From: an uncultured Sandaracinus sp.
GTDB taxonomy: Bacteria; Myxococcota_A; Polyangia; Polyangiales; Houyiibacteriaceae
Assembly (NCBI GenBank): GCA_964462035.1
Contig: CAYXAP010000029.1
Coordinates: 14,472-78,471, forward strand
Length of the DNA: 64,000 nt
Reading direction: 5' to 3'
Positions 35,301 to 44,432 of the stretch are shown here, one piece after another. The notes beneath the pieces are model-generated. The model was not told the origin of the DNA, did no database searches, and was given only the letters and a program-made list of their open reading frames with translations. Numbering within the stretch: position 1 is the stretch's first letter; every line of letters starts with the position of its first letter. A program made the translations under genes and the position numbers.

Positions 35301-36997
35301 ACTCCGCCGACACCCGCTTCTCGACGCAGAAGCCACTGATCGTGGAGGCCCCCCTGCCTGCGATGGCCCACGTGGGCGAGGTGGTGCAGGTGCCCGTTCG
35401 GGTCCGCAGCCGCGAGGGGATGGACGTCGAGGTCGGGCTGATCGCGGAGGGCGACGTGGAGCTCGCAGTCGGTGAGCCTCAGTCCGTTCGCGTGGAGGCC
35501 GGTGGCGCCGCCGTGGCCTACGTCTCGGTCGAGGTGCGCTCGCCGGGCGTCGGCTCCCTCGTCGCGGTCGCGCGGGGCGGCGGACACGACGACGCGATCC
35601 GGATGTCGATCCAGACCTTCCGCGACGTCCGCCGCGTGACCCGGACCGACGACCGGCTGCTGACGGGCGAGAGCACCCTGATCTTCGGAGCGACCGATCG
35701 GGAGCCGGGTGCCTGGGCCGTCGAGCCGTCGCAGGTTCGACTGACCAGCGCGACGCGCCTCTTCCACACGGACGCCGAGGGCGACTGGCTGCCCTTCGCC
35801 CGAGCGCTCGAGGGTGAAGCCAGCGACCCGACCGGTCGGAGCGGTGACCGGGCCACGCTCGCCGGCTGGAGCCATCCGCAGCTCACCGCCGAGCGCGCCC
35901 GCCAGGCGCTGCTGCACGTATCCGAGAAGCTGGCCGACGGCGGGACCCCGCTCGAGCGGGCCTACGAGCTGATCCATCTGGCCGCGGCCTGGCGGCTCCG
36001 CGAGGATCGGCCGGAGCTACGCGAGGACCTGGAGCGGCTGCGCGAGAACCTGATCGCGGCCGTCGAGTCGGACGCCACCGAAGCCGCGGACGACTCCACC
36101 CTCCACGCACTCGCCGCGTTCGGGCTCGCCCTCCACGGGGAGCGCGCCATGGCCGGCGAGCTGGCCCGACGCGCGAGGCGAAGCCTGGTTCGCTTCGAAG
36201 AGCACGTGTGGCTCCCCTCGGAGAACAGCGTGGTCGGGTCCCGCGGCGCGAGCGCCGCGCTCGCGCTGGCGGACCTCGAGCTCGGCGACCCCGAAGAAGC
36301 CTTCGCCATCCTCCGAACGATCGCCGACCAACGGCGCGCCGAACCCATCCAGCACAGCTGGCTCCCCTACTACGGCGAGGGCCTGGCCCAGCTCCTGGCG
36401 GCCCGGCTCGGCCGCGGCGAGCTCACCGAGGTGGAGGCCACCCTCGCCGGCCAGCCGACGGTGGTGCGCCTCGGTGACGGCGAAGGACGGTTCACGGCCA
36501 AGTTGCGGCGTGGGCGTGGTGCGGTGCCCGTTCGAGTGCCCGCCAACCAGGTCGTCGTCGCGCGAGTCATCTCGGAGCTCGGCATCCCCTGGCCTGCAGA
36601 GAGCACGGACGACGGCCCGCTCCGCGCCAGCGTCGAGATGGACGCGCCGACCCTCGATGGGTCGGTGACCTCCACCATCACGCTGCGCAACGCAGTACCC
36701 CGAGCGATCCGCGAACCGATGCTGACGGTCACGCTGCCCGCCGGAGCAGTGCTGGACGAGCGGGCGCGGAACGCGCTCGACCGCCAGCTCGCCGAACCGG
36801 TGGTGGTCGAAGCCGGGCGGATACGAATGAAGCCGAGGGCGCTGCTGCCCGGAGTAGAGATCGAGCTCCCGATCACCCTCCGCTACGAGCTCGGCGGCGA
36901 GCTCAGCGGGTTCGGCATCGACAGCTGGTCGCTCGACCGCCCCGACCGCCGAAGCGTCGTTCCCCCGCGCACCCTCTCCATCGAGGTGTCCCGATGA
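32333..36997 (+). CDS. Alpha-2-macroglobulin-like large secreted protein (MG-domain array, no thioester motif), copy 1
   Basis: ORF 32288..36997. The ATG at 32333 gives the signal peptide MSRTRGRVIAAVALWMVGSVAGAQ. It has an MG-domain-like segment LVLRTDRRFYHRGERAHAWALVRD, an A2M-core-like RVDFPGTLLFVPSEPTSDDGVTEIAIPLADAATTYLVEVIHW and a receptor-binding-domain-like C-terminus (LTVTLPAGAVLDE). No CxEQ is present. Confidence 0.7.
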   Translation: MSRTRGRVIAAVALWMVGSVAGAQRPDFGVELSVDGSRQALRGQSWIVRGHAFEVRGLATLDPASGATLRGRLHYDDRAIGDAVETRSDADGSYVLSVPIPPDAPSNATVHLTVASGGVERTVEEAIQITQAETLVLRTDRRFYHRGERAHAWALVRDLRTLAPLTNRAVRFDFAGPDGQVEQVVRTDDSGVAHHVFQLPDAAGNGSIGAVVVEPVEGARGRTTIEIGRRTMERMLLELDWPESHVVPSGTFHPQVRVVAPSGEPARGATLTLTVAGMEPITGRTDDGGLWTAAVTAPAYLANETGAVSVSLVVNHPAIGSARTSKLLRLQGSGGYAIRAFTEGALAFDLDTTVYFALEDSAGERAPAGIEFTVRTPMVRGGQVRLTTDAHGLASTSFRAVAMRAVPGLCENVGTLFEAEDDQGKTRELCLPAAQADLALRATSPVREPGEPLVIELDRHRRVARRPVAVSLMSHATGELLAAAIAGPNERRVTFETPAVLGTLVVSARPIRDEDTGRSGEGIESQVGVLVRPPRPAFVEAEPTQPTYEVGGTAGVRIRTGAEPGWVAVDVRDLAQHGGEVPFQLQMLRGAFSRAMFDPSTEDADRLLRAALAARVRAPSLPREATEPSYGPGPDRPATSAGGTLRRDPVLEARLVTRQKVAEAMRRVERVFRERGADALATGEGARRRFDAEVVDTILGDANLRTLGDRTLTLAHLKEADDGFGFQTAARRVAREQLIRVLQQLVQGIESDQIDGERPERWVSEMVRHLGLDPAAVRDPWGGPLGARRRPTEVVAPSPDAPEWTLAFPGPDGRLGTGDDVVDPFARVVERGTLYADASGEEDLLAALSMIVPVSQTLNGWVEALARVTAAMEATLRGDAASAEEIGENFGFGGLGLRGTGRGGGGSGYGSGFGRRGARAPRIRSGSASVIDSLDQLAGRVRVDFPGTLLFVPSEPTSDDGVTEIAIPLADAATTYLVEVIHWRGDGWSHSADTRFSTQKPLIVEAPLPAMAHVGEVVQVPVRVRSREGMDVEVGLIAEGDVELAVGEPQSVRVEAGGAAVAYVSVEVRSPGVGSLVAVARGGGHDDAIRMSIQTFRDVRRVTRTDDRLLTGESTLIFGATDREPGAWAVEPSQVRLTSATRLFHTDAEGDWLPFARALEGEASDPTGRSGDRATLAGWSHPQLTAERARQALLHVSEKLADGGTPLERAYELIHLAAAWRLREDRPELREDLERLRENLIAAVESDATEAADDSTLHALAAFGLALHGERAMAGELARRARRSLVRFEEHVWLPSENSVVGSRGASAALALADLELGDPEEAFAILRTIADQRRAEPIQHSWLPYYGEGLAQLLAARLGRGELTEVEATLAGQPTVVRLGDGEGRFTAKLRRGRGAVPVRVPANQVVVARVISELGIPWPAESTDDGPLRASVEMDAPTLDGSVTSTITLRNAVPRAIREPMLTVTLPAGAVLDERARNALDRQLAEPVVVEAGRIRMKPRALLPGVEIELPITLRYELGGELSGFGIDSWSLDRPDRRSVVPPRTLSIEVSR

Positions 36998-39900
36998 ACC
37001 GACTCATCGCAATCGCGGTGGCCTTCGCCGCGTTCGTTCCCTCCGCTAGCGAGGCGCAGCGAGTGAGTGGGCTCGAGATGTCGATCGAGGGCAGCCTCAC
37101 CGCGGTCGAGGGCCGCGAAGAGCTCCTGCTGGTCACCCTGCACGCCGTCAGCGGCGCCGACGAGTTGCGACCGGCCCCGAACGCGGAGCTGAAGGTGACC
37201 GCGTCCTACCGAGCCGACGGACCGATCGCGAACCTGCGCACCGACCGCCACGGCCGGGCGGAGATTCGCTACACGCCGGAGGATTCGGGCAGTCTCGAGA
37301 TCGTCATCGACGCCTTCCACGGCGGCGCGTCGCGACGCTTCCGGGTGCCCATCCAGATCGCCACGCAGGCGACGCTCCAGCTCGAGGTGCTGCCGACCCG
37401 CGCCGAGCCGGGCGCGCCGGTCCTGGTCTTCGGCCACGCGACCGATCCGGCGGGCATGGCCGTCGGCGCCGGCCGCGAGATACGGCTCATCGCGCCCGGC
37501 CGCGAGCCCGTGGTGGTCCGGACGACCACCGATGGCGCGTTCGTCGCCCAGGTCCGGGCGCCCGACGAGGAGGGGCGAGCCTCGATCCGCGCCACCCTCG
37601 AGCCGGTGCAGGGCAGCGAGTCCGAGCGCTACCAGCCCGGCGCCTCGGGTCAGGTCGAGCTCGCCGTGGCCGAGCCGGCGATGCATCGCGGGCTCCGCGC
37701 GCGGGGCGTTCCGCGCCAGCGGATCGTCCGACCGCGGAGCCCGATCGTGGTGGACGTCGAGGTCCGGGACGGTCTCGGCCGCCCCGTGCGCGCGTCCGTC
37801 TCGCGCCAGGGGTCGAACGACGAGGCCGTCCGGGCCGACGAGCACGGCATCGCCACCTTCGAGTGGACGGCCCCCTCGATCACCGGAGTCCACGACCACG
37901 TGGCGACGTTCCGAGTGCAGCTCCCGGGCGAGGCGCCGATCGACGAACGCGTGACCGTTCGAGTCGCGAGCGTGCTCGCTGCGGCCGACGTCGCGCCGGA
38001 GGCGGGCGCGCTCATCCCCGGCGTCCCGAGCCGCCTGCTGGTGAAGGCCGTGGGCGCCGACGGCGCTCCCTACTCCGGCCCGGTCACCCTCACGGCTCCC
38101 CGCTTCGGCACCACGACGCTCACGACCGACGAGCGTGGCCACGGCGTGACCGAGGTGACGCTCTCGGAGGAGGCCACCACCGACGCCTGTGGCGGCGTGA
38201 CGGCGCTCGCCGTGAGCGTGGCCTTCGGTGACGCCGAAGGTGAGGCCCGGTGCGTGCCGATCGATCCCGACGCGGCCGTGCGAGCTCGGGTGGCGGCGAG
38301 CGGCGGCGAGCTCCGGGTCGACCTCCACCGCCGGGCGGCGGTGCGGCGCGCCCCCGCGGTGGTGACGGTGTTCCGGATGCTCGGCGACTCGCTGGTACCG
38401 GTGAGCTCCCGCTGGGTCGATGGCGACGAGGTGACCATCGAGCGGCCGGCTCCCGGGCCGCTCTGGGTCCGCGCCCGACTGCGCGTGGGCCGAAACGAAG
38501 CCGAGGTCCGGGGCAGCTTCGCGTTCGCGCCGGGGCCCGACGCGCCCGAGGTGCACATCGAACGAGGCGCCGCGCGCAGCCCGGAGACCAGCGCCGTGGG
38601 TTCGCTTCTGAGCTCGGCGGCGAGCATCGAGGCCTACGAGCGTCGGCGCGCCGGGCCCGACCCGCTCGCCATCGCGCGCTCCGTCCCTCGCGACATCGGC
38701 GCGCCCTTCCGGCTCGTGCGTGGAGAGCCGACCCCGGCCGCGCCCCTCGACGAACCGGTGAAGCTCGCCGTCCTCCGCGACCCCTGGCGCCAGCGCGCGC
38801 TCTATCGGAGCGGCCGACTCGCGCTGCTCTTTCGAACGCTCGAGAACCAGGTGGCGGAAGCGACCGATCAGGAGCGCTCGAGCCTCGATGGGTTCACTCA
38901 CGAGGTCCGCGGCCGCCGGCAGTTCAACGAGGGCTTCCTCGAGTCGATCGACCGCACCGGCGAACTCGGCCCGGAGGGTGCGCGCGACCTCGGCGGTGAG
39001 CCACTGTCCTTGGAACGACTGCGAGGGATGGACCGGGCGTTCGGCTTCGACACGGTGGCGCGGCGGGTCACTCGCAAGCGCTTGATCGAGCTGCTCGCGG
39101 TCTGGCGTCCCTGGGTCCACGACCGGGACCTGGATCCGGCCTTCGCTCCGCACGCCGACCCGCGCCACTGGTGGGCGACCTTCTGCGATGAGCACGGGTG
39201 GACCTTCGATGGCTGGGGTCGTCCCGTCCGCCTTCGACCCAGCCGGCGGGGACGCCGCGATGGCGCGCCGGTGGTGGTGCCCGGTTGGAGCATCACCTCG
39301 GCGGGACCCGATGGCCGCTTCGACACCAACGACGATCTCAGCGACCCCTTCGCCAGCGTCGTCCCAGCTGGTCTCTACGCCGATGCGGTGGGCGAAGAGG
39401 GCCTGGTCCAGGCACTCCGGCGAGGCGTCCTGGACCGGGAGACGATCCGGCTGCTGGACGCCGGGCCGATGGCGCGGATCGAAGGCCAGTCGATTCGCGG
39501 TGGCCTGCCACAGCCGCTGACGGTCGAGCCGCCGCCCTTCCTCTCGAGCGAGCTCCGGGTCGAGACCCGGCTCGGCAGCGACCCGCTGGACACGCGCCTG
39601 CCGCCCGCGACCGTGCCCCATCGGGTGCTCGCGATCGCCGTTGGTGGGCCGCGTGGCGTCGGCGTCGCCAGCGAGCCGGTGAGCTCCCGCGCCGGCGCGC
39701 GCATCGCGGTTCCCATCCCGGCCCGGCTCCACGGAGGCGTGCCGCTGGCCATGCCCGTGGTGGTGGTCGCCGGCGAGCGCACCGAGGGCCTCACGCTCTC
39801 GGTGACCGCGGAGGGAGCATCGGTGTCCGTCGGCTCGGCCGAGCTCGGCTCGCTCGACGAAGGCGACGCCGTGGAGCGCACACTGCGAGTGGAGGCCACG

Positions 39901-41358
39901 GGCGCGAGCCCCTCGGCGAGCGTCACGCTCGCGCTGGAGCGCGGCGGCGAGACGCTGGTGGAGCGTCGGCTGCGCGCCCCGGTGGTCGATGGAACGCCAG
40001 AGCGAACGCTATGGGCGGGTTCGGCGATCGATGGCGTCTGGCGCGTGCGCTACCCGATCCCGGAGGACGCCCGAGACCCGGCGACGCGACTGGTGGTCGT
40101 CGCCCCCGGACGCGTGGACGCCGATCCGCGGCTGGCCTTCGGACCCATCGCGCGAGCGTGGGCCAAGCTCATGGCCGGCGAGGGCGACGCCGTTCATCTC
40201 GAGGATCTCCCGCCCGAGCCGACCGACGCGGTGGACGCCGCTCGCCTCGCGCTGCTCACGACAGCGCTCGGGGAGGACCGACGGCAACACCGGGGCGCGG
40301 AGCGACAGCTCTCGCGCGCGTTGCGCGGTCTCGACGCCGCCGGAAAGAGCCGGCTCCTCGCCGTCCTCTCGAGCATGGCGCTGCCCCGCTTCGCCAACGC
40401 GTCGGGGAACGGTCCGGCGGCCGTCGCGCAGCGGCTTCGGGTACAGCTCTGGGGTATCCACGAGACGGAGGGCGCACCGCTGGCGCGGATGGCGGCGGCG
40501 CTCCTGCTCACGGACCCGGAGGACCCCAACGGGCGCGCCGCGTTCGTGCGGGCCCGTCGGACGATGGAGCCGGCCGGTGATTCGGACGACGCGCAAGTGG
40601 TGCCGGCGACCGATCCCCGCGACCAGCTCGCCGGGAGCGTTGCCCTCGCGCTGGCGGCCCACGTGGCCGGCGACACGCGAACCCGCGACCGGTTGGTCCG
40701 CGGCCTCGGGCGACGGACACACCTCGCGGCCGATCGGCAGAGCGACGCGGCCTTCTGGCTGCTGACCGCGTCGGCGCACGGCGCCTTCGGCCGCAGCGAG
40801 GGCGAGGCCACCCTTCGGATCGGCGACGGGTCCGAGCCGCTCGCCTTCGAGGACGGGGTGGCCATCGCGCGGGTCGACGGAGCGGCGGAGATCGCGCTCG
40901 AGCTCGAGACCTCGGGCGGCGTCCACCTGAGTCGGCTCGAGACCCGCTATGGGCGGCCGGTGGTGGCCAGCGACGAGAGTCCGCTGCGGGTCGCCATCGA
41001 AGGCATCGACGGCCGCGCGGGCCGACGGGCCGGCTACGAGATCCGGGTCAGCGCCACCACCGCCGTCGAGCACCCGGTGCTGGCGATCACGCTACCGCCG
41101 GGAGCCGATCTGGAGCCGAGCGCGCTCGCCGCCATCGGCGCGACCGAAGGAGTGAGCGCGATGGCGCCGCCCGACGCCCGCGGCGTGGTCCGGATCGAGC
41201 TGGGCGCGCTCGCGGCGGAGCAGGAGCGGCGTTTCCCGCTTCCCCTCCGTTGGGCGGGGGCTGGCGAACGCGAAGGGCTGGCGATCGCCGCTTGGGAGCG
41301 CGCCCGTCCCTGGCAGGTGACCTCGATTCCGGCGAGAGCCATCGACGTGCGCCCATGA
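36994..41358 (+). CDS. Alpha-2-macroglobulin-like large secreted protein (no thioester motif), copy 2
   Basis: ATGA overlap with copy 1. Signal peptide MNRLIAIAVAFAAFVPSASEAQ. Repeated beta-sandwich-like segments (TDRHGRAEIRYTPEDSGSLEIVIDAF; TTDGAFVAQVRAPDEEGRASIRATL) and a C-terminus LAITLPPGADLEPS like copy 1. No CxEQ is present. Confidence 0.65.
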   Translation: MNRLIAIAVAFAAFVPSASEAQRVSGLEMSIEGSLTAVEGREELLLVTLHAVSGADELRPAPNAELKVTASYRADGPIANLRTDRHGRAEIRYTPEDSGSLEIVIDAFHGGASRRFRVPIQIATQATLQLEVLPTRAEPGAPVLVFGHATDPAGMAVGAGREIRLIAPGREPVVVRTTTDGAFVAQVRAPDEEGRASIRATLEPVQGSESERYQPGASGQVELAVAEPAMHRGLRARGVPRQRIVRPRSPIVVDVEVRDGLGRPVRASVSRQGSNDEAVRADEHGIATFEWTAPSITGVHDHVATFRVQLPGEAPIDERVTVRVASVLAAADVAPEAGALIPGVPSRLLVKAVGADGAPYSGPVTLTAPRFGTTTLTTDERGHGVTEVTLSEEATTDACGGVTALAVSVAFGDAEGEARCVPIDPDAAVRARVAASGGELRVDLHRRAAVRRAPAVVTVFRMLGDSLVPVSSRWVDGDEVTIERPAPGPLWVRARLRVGRNEAEVRGSFAFAPGPDAPEVHIERGAARSPETSAVGSLLSSAASIEAYERRRAGPDPLAIARSVPRDIGAPFRLVRGEPTPAAPLDEPVKLAVLRDPWRQRALYRSGRLALLFRTLENQVAEATDQERSSLDGFTHEVRGRRQFNEGFLESIDRTGELGPEGARDLGGEPLSLERLRGMDRAFGFDTVARRVTRKRLIELLAVWRPWVHDRDLDPAFAPHADPRHWWATFCDEHGWTFDGWGRPVRLRPSRRGRRDGAPVVVPGWSITSAGPDGRFDTNDDLSDPFASVVPAGLYADAVGEEGLVQALRRGVLDRETIRLLDAGPMARIEGQSIRGGLPQPLTVEPPPFLSSELRVETRLGSDPLDTRLPPATVPHRVLAIAVGGPRGVGVASEPVSSRAGARIAVPIPARLHGGVPLAMPVVVVAGERTEGLTLSVTAEGASVSVGSAELGSLDEGDAVERTLRVEATGASPSASVTLALERGGETLVERRLRAPVVDGTPERTLWAGSAIDGVWRVRYPIPEDARDPATRLVVVAPGRVDADPRLAFGPIARAWAKLMAGEGDAVHLEDLPPEPTDAVDAARLALLTTALGEDRRQHRGAERQLSRALRGLDAAGKSRLLAVLSSMALPRFANASGNGPAAVAQRLRVQLWGIHETEGAPLARMAAALLLTDPEDPNGRAAFVRARRTMEPAGDSDDAQVVPATDPRDQLAGSVALALAAHVAGDTRTRDRLVRGLGRRTHLAADRQSDAAFWLLTASAHGAFGRSEGEATLRIGDGSEPLAFEDGVAIARVDGAAEIALELETSGGVHLSRLETRYGRPVVASDESPLRVAIEGIDGRAGRRAGYEIRVSATTAVEHPVLAITLPPGADLEPSALAAIGATEGVSAMAPPDARGVVRIELGALAAEQERRFPLPLRWAGAGEREGLAIAAWERARPWQVTSIPARAIDVRP

Positions 41359-41395
41359 TTTGATACCGTCCGCGCTCCGACGGAGGGAGAAGCGC

Positions 41396-43159
41396 GTGAA
41401 GGTACTGGTCATCAACTGCGGCTCGTCGAGCGTGAAGTGGCAGGTCGTCGAGAGCGACTCGGGCAAACGGCTAGCGGAGGGGAAAGCAGAACGCATCGGC
41501 AGCGACGGGCGCACCCACGAGGACGCGCTGAAGGAGATCCTCGCGGAAGCGAAGACCCACGCGCCCGAGGCCGTCGGACACCGCGTGGTCCACGGGGGCG
41601 AGGCCTTCCACAGGGCGTCGGTCATCGACGACGAGGTGATCGGGGCCATCGAGTCCTGCGTGCCGCTCGCGCCGCTGCACAACCCGGCGAACCTCGCCGG
41701 GATCAACGCCGCGCGGGCGCTGCTGCCCGACGTGCCGCACGTCGCGGTCTTCGACACCGCCTTCCACTCGCGCATGCCCCGGCGCTCCCGGATGTACGCG
41801 ATCGACACCGAGGTCGCGGAGAAGCACGGCATCCGGCGCTTCGGCTTCCACGGCACCAGCCACAAGTTCGTGGCGGGACTGGCGGCCGCCCACCTGAAGA
41901 CGCCGGTGAACGACCTGCGCATCATCACGCTCCACCTGGGCAACGGCGCGAGCGCCTGCGCCGTGGAGCTCGGCTCGAGCTCCGAGACCTCGATGGGCAT
42001 GACCCCGCTCGAGGGGCTGGTGATGGGGACCCGCTCCGGCGACGTCGACCCCGGCGTCGTGCTGAAGCTCGCGCGCGAGCTCGGCATCGACGAGGCGGAG
42101 CGCGTCCTGAACCGCGAGAGCGGCCTCAAGGGCCTCAGCGGGGTCGGCAACGATCTGCGCGACCTGCAGGCCAAGGCCGAAGAGGGCCACGACGGCGCCC
42201 GGCTCGCTCTCACGGTCTTCGCCCACCAGGTGCGCAAGTACATCGGCGCGTACGCCGCCGTGATGGGTGGCGTCGACGCCGTCGTCCTCACGGGAGGCAT
42301 CGGCGAGAACAGCGCGCCGATGCGGCGGCGGATCCTCCAGCGGCTGGAGTTCCTCGGCATCCGGATGGACGAGGACGCCAACCAGGGCGCGAAGGTCTCC
42401 GACGACGATCCGGTCTGCGACATCAGCGACTCGGGCGCGCGAGTGAAGACGTTGGTCATCGCGACCAACGAGGAGCTCGAGATCGCTCGCCAAACCGAAG
42501 AGATCGCCAGCGGTAGCAAGAAGGTCTCGCAGAAGAAGCCGATCCCGATCGCGGTGAGCGCGCGGCACATCCACCTCACGCGCGAGGCGCTCGACGTGCT
42601 CTACGGCGAAGGCCACGAGCTCACGCCCTACAAGCCGCTGAGCCAGCCGGGTCAATACGCCTGCGAGGAGAAGCTCACGATCATCGGTCCACGAAACAAG
42701 ATCGAGGGCGTGCGCATCCTCGGGCCGCTGCGGCCGGGCTGCCAGGTCGAGATCTCCCGGACCGACGAGTTCTTCCTCGGCGTGGACGCGCCGGTGCGGC
42801 ACTCGGGCAAGACCAAGGGCTCGGCACCCATCACCCTCGAAGGACCGAAGGGGACGCTCAAGCTCGAAGAGGGCCTCATCTGCGCCTGGCGCCACATCCA
42901 CATGACCCCCGCCGACGCGGAGGCCTACGGCGTGAAGGACAAGGAGTACGTCGAAGTCGCCGTGAAGGGCGGTCCGCGTGACCTGATCTTCGGCGACGTG
43001 CTCGTCCGCGTGAAGGACAGCTACGCCCTCGAGATGCACATCGACACCGACGAGGCGAACGCCGCCGAGCTCGGTCGGATGAGCGAAGGCGACATCGTCG
43101 ACGCCGAGGTCTACGTGACGCCGGACGACGCGGAAGCCGTCATCCGCGAGAAGAGCTGA
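41396..43159 (+). CDS. ackA-pduL: Bifunctional fusion: acetate/propionate kinase (AckA) plus a PduL-type phosphate acyltransferase
   Basis: ORF 41360..43159. The GTG at 41396 is preceded by GGAGGGAG and gives VKVLVINCGSSSVKWQV. AckA motifs are present (HRVVHGG, GFHGTSH, TGGIGENS). From 42533 there are two PduL repeats with the signature histidines (IAVSARHIHLTRE and ICAWRHIHMTPADA). Confidence 0.85.
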   Translation: MKVLVINCGSSSVKWQVVESDSGKRLAEGKAERIGSDGRTHEDALKEILAEAKTHAPEAVGHRVVHGGEAFHRASVIDDEVIGAIESCVPLAPLHNPANLAGINAARALLPDVPHVAVFDTAFHSRMPRRSRMYAIDTEVAEKHGIRRFGFHGTSHKFVAGLAAAHLKTPVNDLRIITLHLGNGASACAVELGSSSETSMGMTPLEGLVMGTRSGDVDPGVVLKLARELGIDEAERVLNRESGLKGLSGVGNDLRDLQAKAEEGHDGARLALTVFAHQVRKYIGAYAAVMGGVDAVVLTGGIGENSAPMRRRILQRLEFLGIRMDEDANQGAKVSDDDPVCDISDSGARVKTLVIATNEELEIARQTEEIASGSKKVSQKKPIPIAVSARHIHLTREALDVLYGEGHELTPYKPLSQPGQYACEEKLTIIGPRNKIEGVRILGPLRPGCQVEISRTDEFFLGVDAPVRHSGKTKGSAPITLEGPKGTLKLEEGLICAWRHIHMTPADAEAYGVKDKEYVEVAVKGGPRDLIFGDVLVRVKDSYALEMHIDTDEANAAELGRMSEGDIVDAEVYVTPDDAEAVIREKS

Positions 43160-43168
43160 GCCAACGCC

Positions 43169-44398
43169 GTGGGTCGTCGACAGATCCTCGCGATCGCCGG
43201 GGCCCTGGTGTTCCTCGTCATCGGGGGCGCCGTCTTCATGCTCTCCGTCGGAGAGCGGGGGGCCGACTCCAGCGCGGCCGCGGGGCCCGACGCGCTACCG
43301 CTCGCCGACGAAGACCTCACCGAGACCTGGGGCACCTACGTCGACGGGCTGCTGAACTCGCCGGCGCCCTCTCGGCGGCTCGAAGAGGCCATCGACGTGC
43401 GGGCGGTGGCGGGCCGCAGCCTTCCGGCGGAAGCGACGGCGGCTCAGCGCGCCGGCTTCGTCCATGGCGTCGCCGATGGCGCGTCCGAAGGACCGGGGCT
43501 GCTCATGCAGCTCCACATGGCGGCGCAGCGCGGCGACCGGATCCATTTCCAGCGCATCGCCGAACGCGACGGCCGACCGGTGGCGCGCTTCCGGCAGATC
43601 CTCTCGGAGGGAGGCGTGAACTTCTACGACTTCCTCGTCGCCGAGCACGCCGAGGACGCGACGCCGGAACCTGGGGGCGTGCCCGCGCGAGGCGTCGACT
43701 TCTTCACGCTCACGGCCGGTCGCTGGCAGAGCGAGGTGGTCGCCGACCTCTTCACTCAGGGGGTGCTCGAGGGACCGGGCCCGCTGCAGCGAGCGATGGG
43801 GCAGGACAACCCGATCACCGACCACGGTGACGCGATCGGCACCATGGCCGACCTCGTCCGGAACCACCGCTACGAGGAAGCGCTGGCGCACTACGACTCG
43901 CTCCCCAGCTCGGTCCAGCGCCTGCACATCATCTTCGGCTTCCGGGTCGACGCGGCAGCGAAGGCGGACGACCCGGCGCGCTACCTACGGATCCTCGACG
44001 AATACGCCGGCCACTTCCCGGACGACCCCGCGATCCGGGTCCGGCTCCTCGACGCCCACTTCGAGCGCGAGCAGTGGGACGAAGCCCTGGAGGATCTGCG
44101 GGTCATTCGGGAGCTCTTCGACGATCCCTACTGGACTGCCTCCGAGGCCCAGATCGCGCTGAAGCGCGGTCAGCCGGCGCGCGCGCTCGAGCTCGCGGAG
44201 TCGATGCTCGAAGCCGACCCCTCGCTGGTCGAGGGTCCGGACGCGGCGCTGCTGGCCGCGCTGCAACTGGGCGACACCGAGAAGGCCGCGCACTACGCGG
44301 CGCTGCTGCGGGACGAGTACCGAATCCGGCTCACGCTCCTCGAGAACCTGCCGGGCTACGAAGGGCTTCGGGAGCTCGACGTGCCCCCTGCCGATTGA
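43169..44398 (+). CDS. Membrane-anchored hypothetical protein with a TPR-like C-terminal half
   Basis: GTG start. N-terminal TM anchor RRQILAIAGALVFLVIGGAVFML. Helical repeats in the C-terminal half (YEEALAHYDS..., WDEALEDLRVI..., PARALELAESML...). Confidence 0.55.
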   Translation: MGRRQILAIAGALVFLVIGGAVFMLSVGERGADSSAAAGPDALPLADEDLTETWGTYVDGLLNSPAPSRRLEEAIDVRAVAGRSLPAEATAAQRAGFVHGVADGASEGPGLLMQLHMAAQRGDRIHFQRIAERDGRPVARFRQILSEGGVNFYDFLVAEHAEDATPEPGGVPARGVDFFTLTAGRWQSEVVADLFTQGVLEGPGPLQRAMGQDNPITDHGDAIGTMADLVRNHRYEEALAHYDSLPSSVQRLHIIFGFRVDAAAKADDPARYLRILDEYAGHFPDDPAIRVRLLDAHFEREQWDEALEDLRVIRELFDDPYWTASEAQIALKRGQPARALELAESMLEADPSLVEGPDAALLAALQLGDTEKAAHYAALLRDEYRIRLTLLENLPGYEGLRELDVPPAD

Positions 44399-44432
44399 CC
44401 AAACGGGCGCGACCGCGTTAGGAAAGCGCCCC

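Noticed and set aside
31229-35977. 1,582-aa minus-strand ORF, the longest in the track
   Set aside because: It is the antisense shadow of the + strand A2M-like gene in GC3-rich DNA. The translation is Arg/Gly/Pro/Asp-rich with no recognisable domains. Only its last 103 codons (31229..31540) are a real gene (DUF962), which follows the TetR gene whose ORF also overlaps this region.
36883-39732. 949-aa minus-strand ORF
   Set aside because: It is the antisense shadow of A2M-like copy 2. It has the same compositional signature as the other shadows and no recognisable domains.
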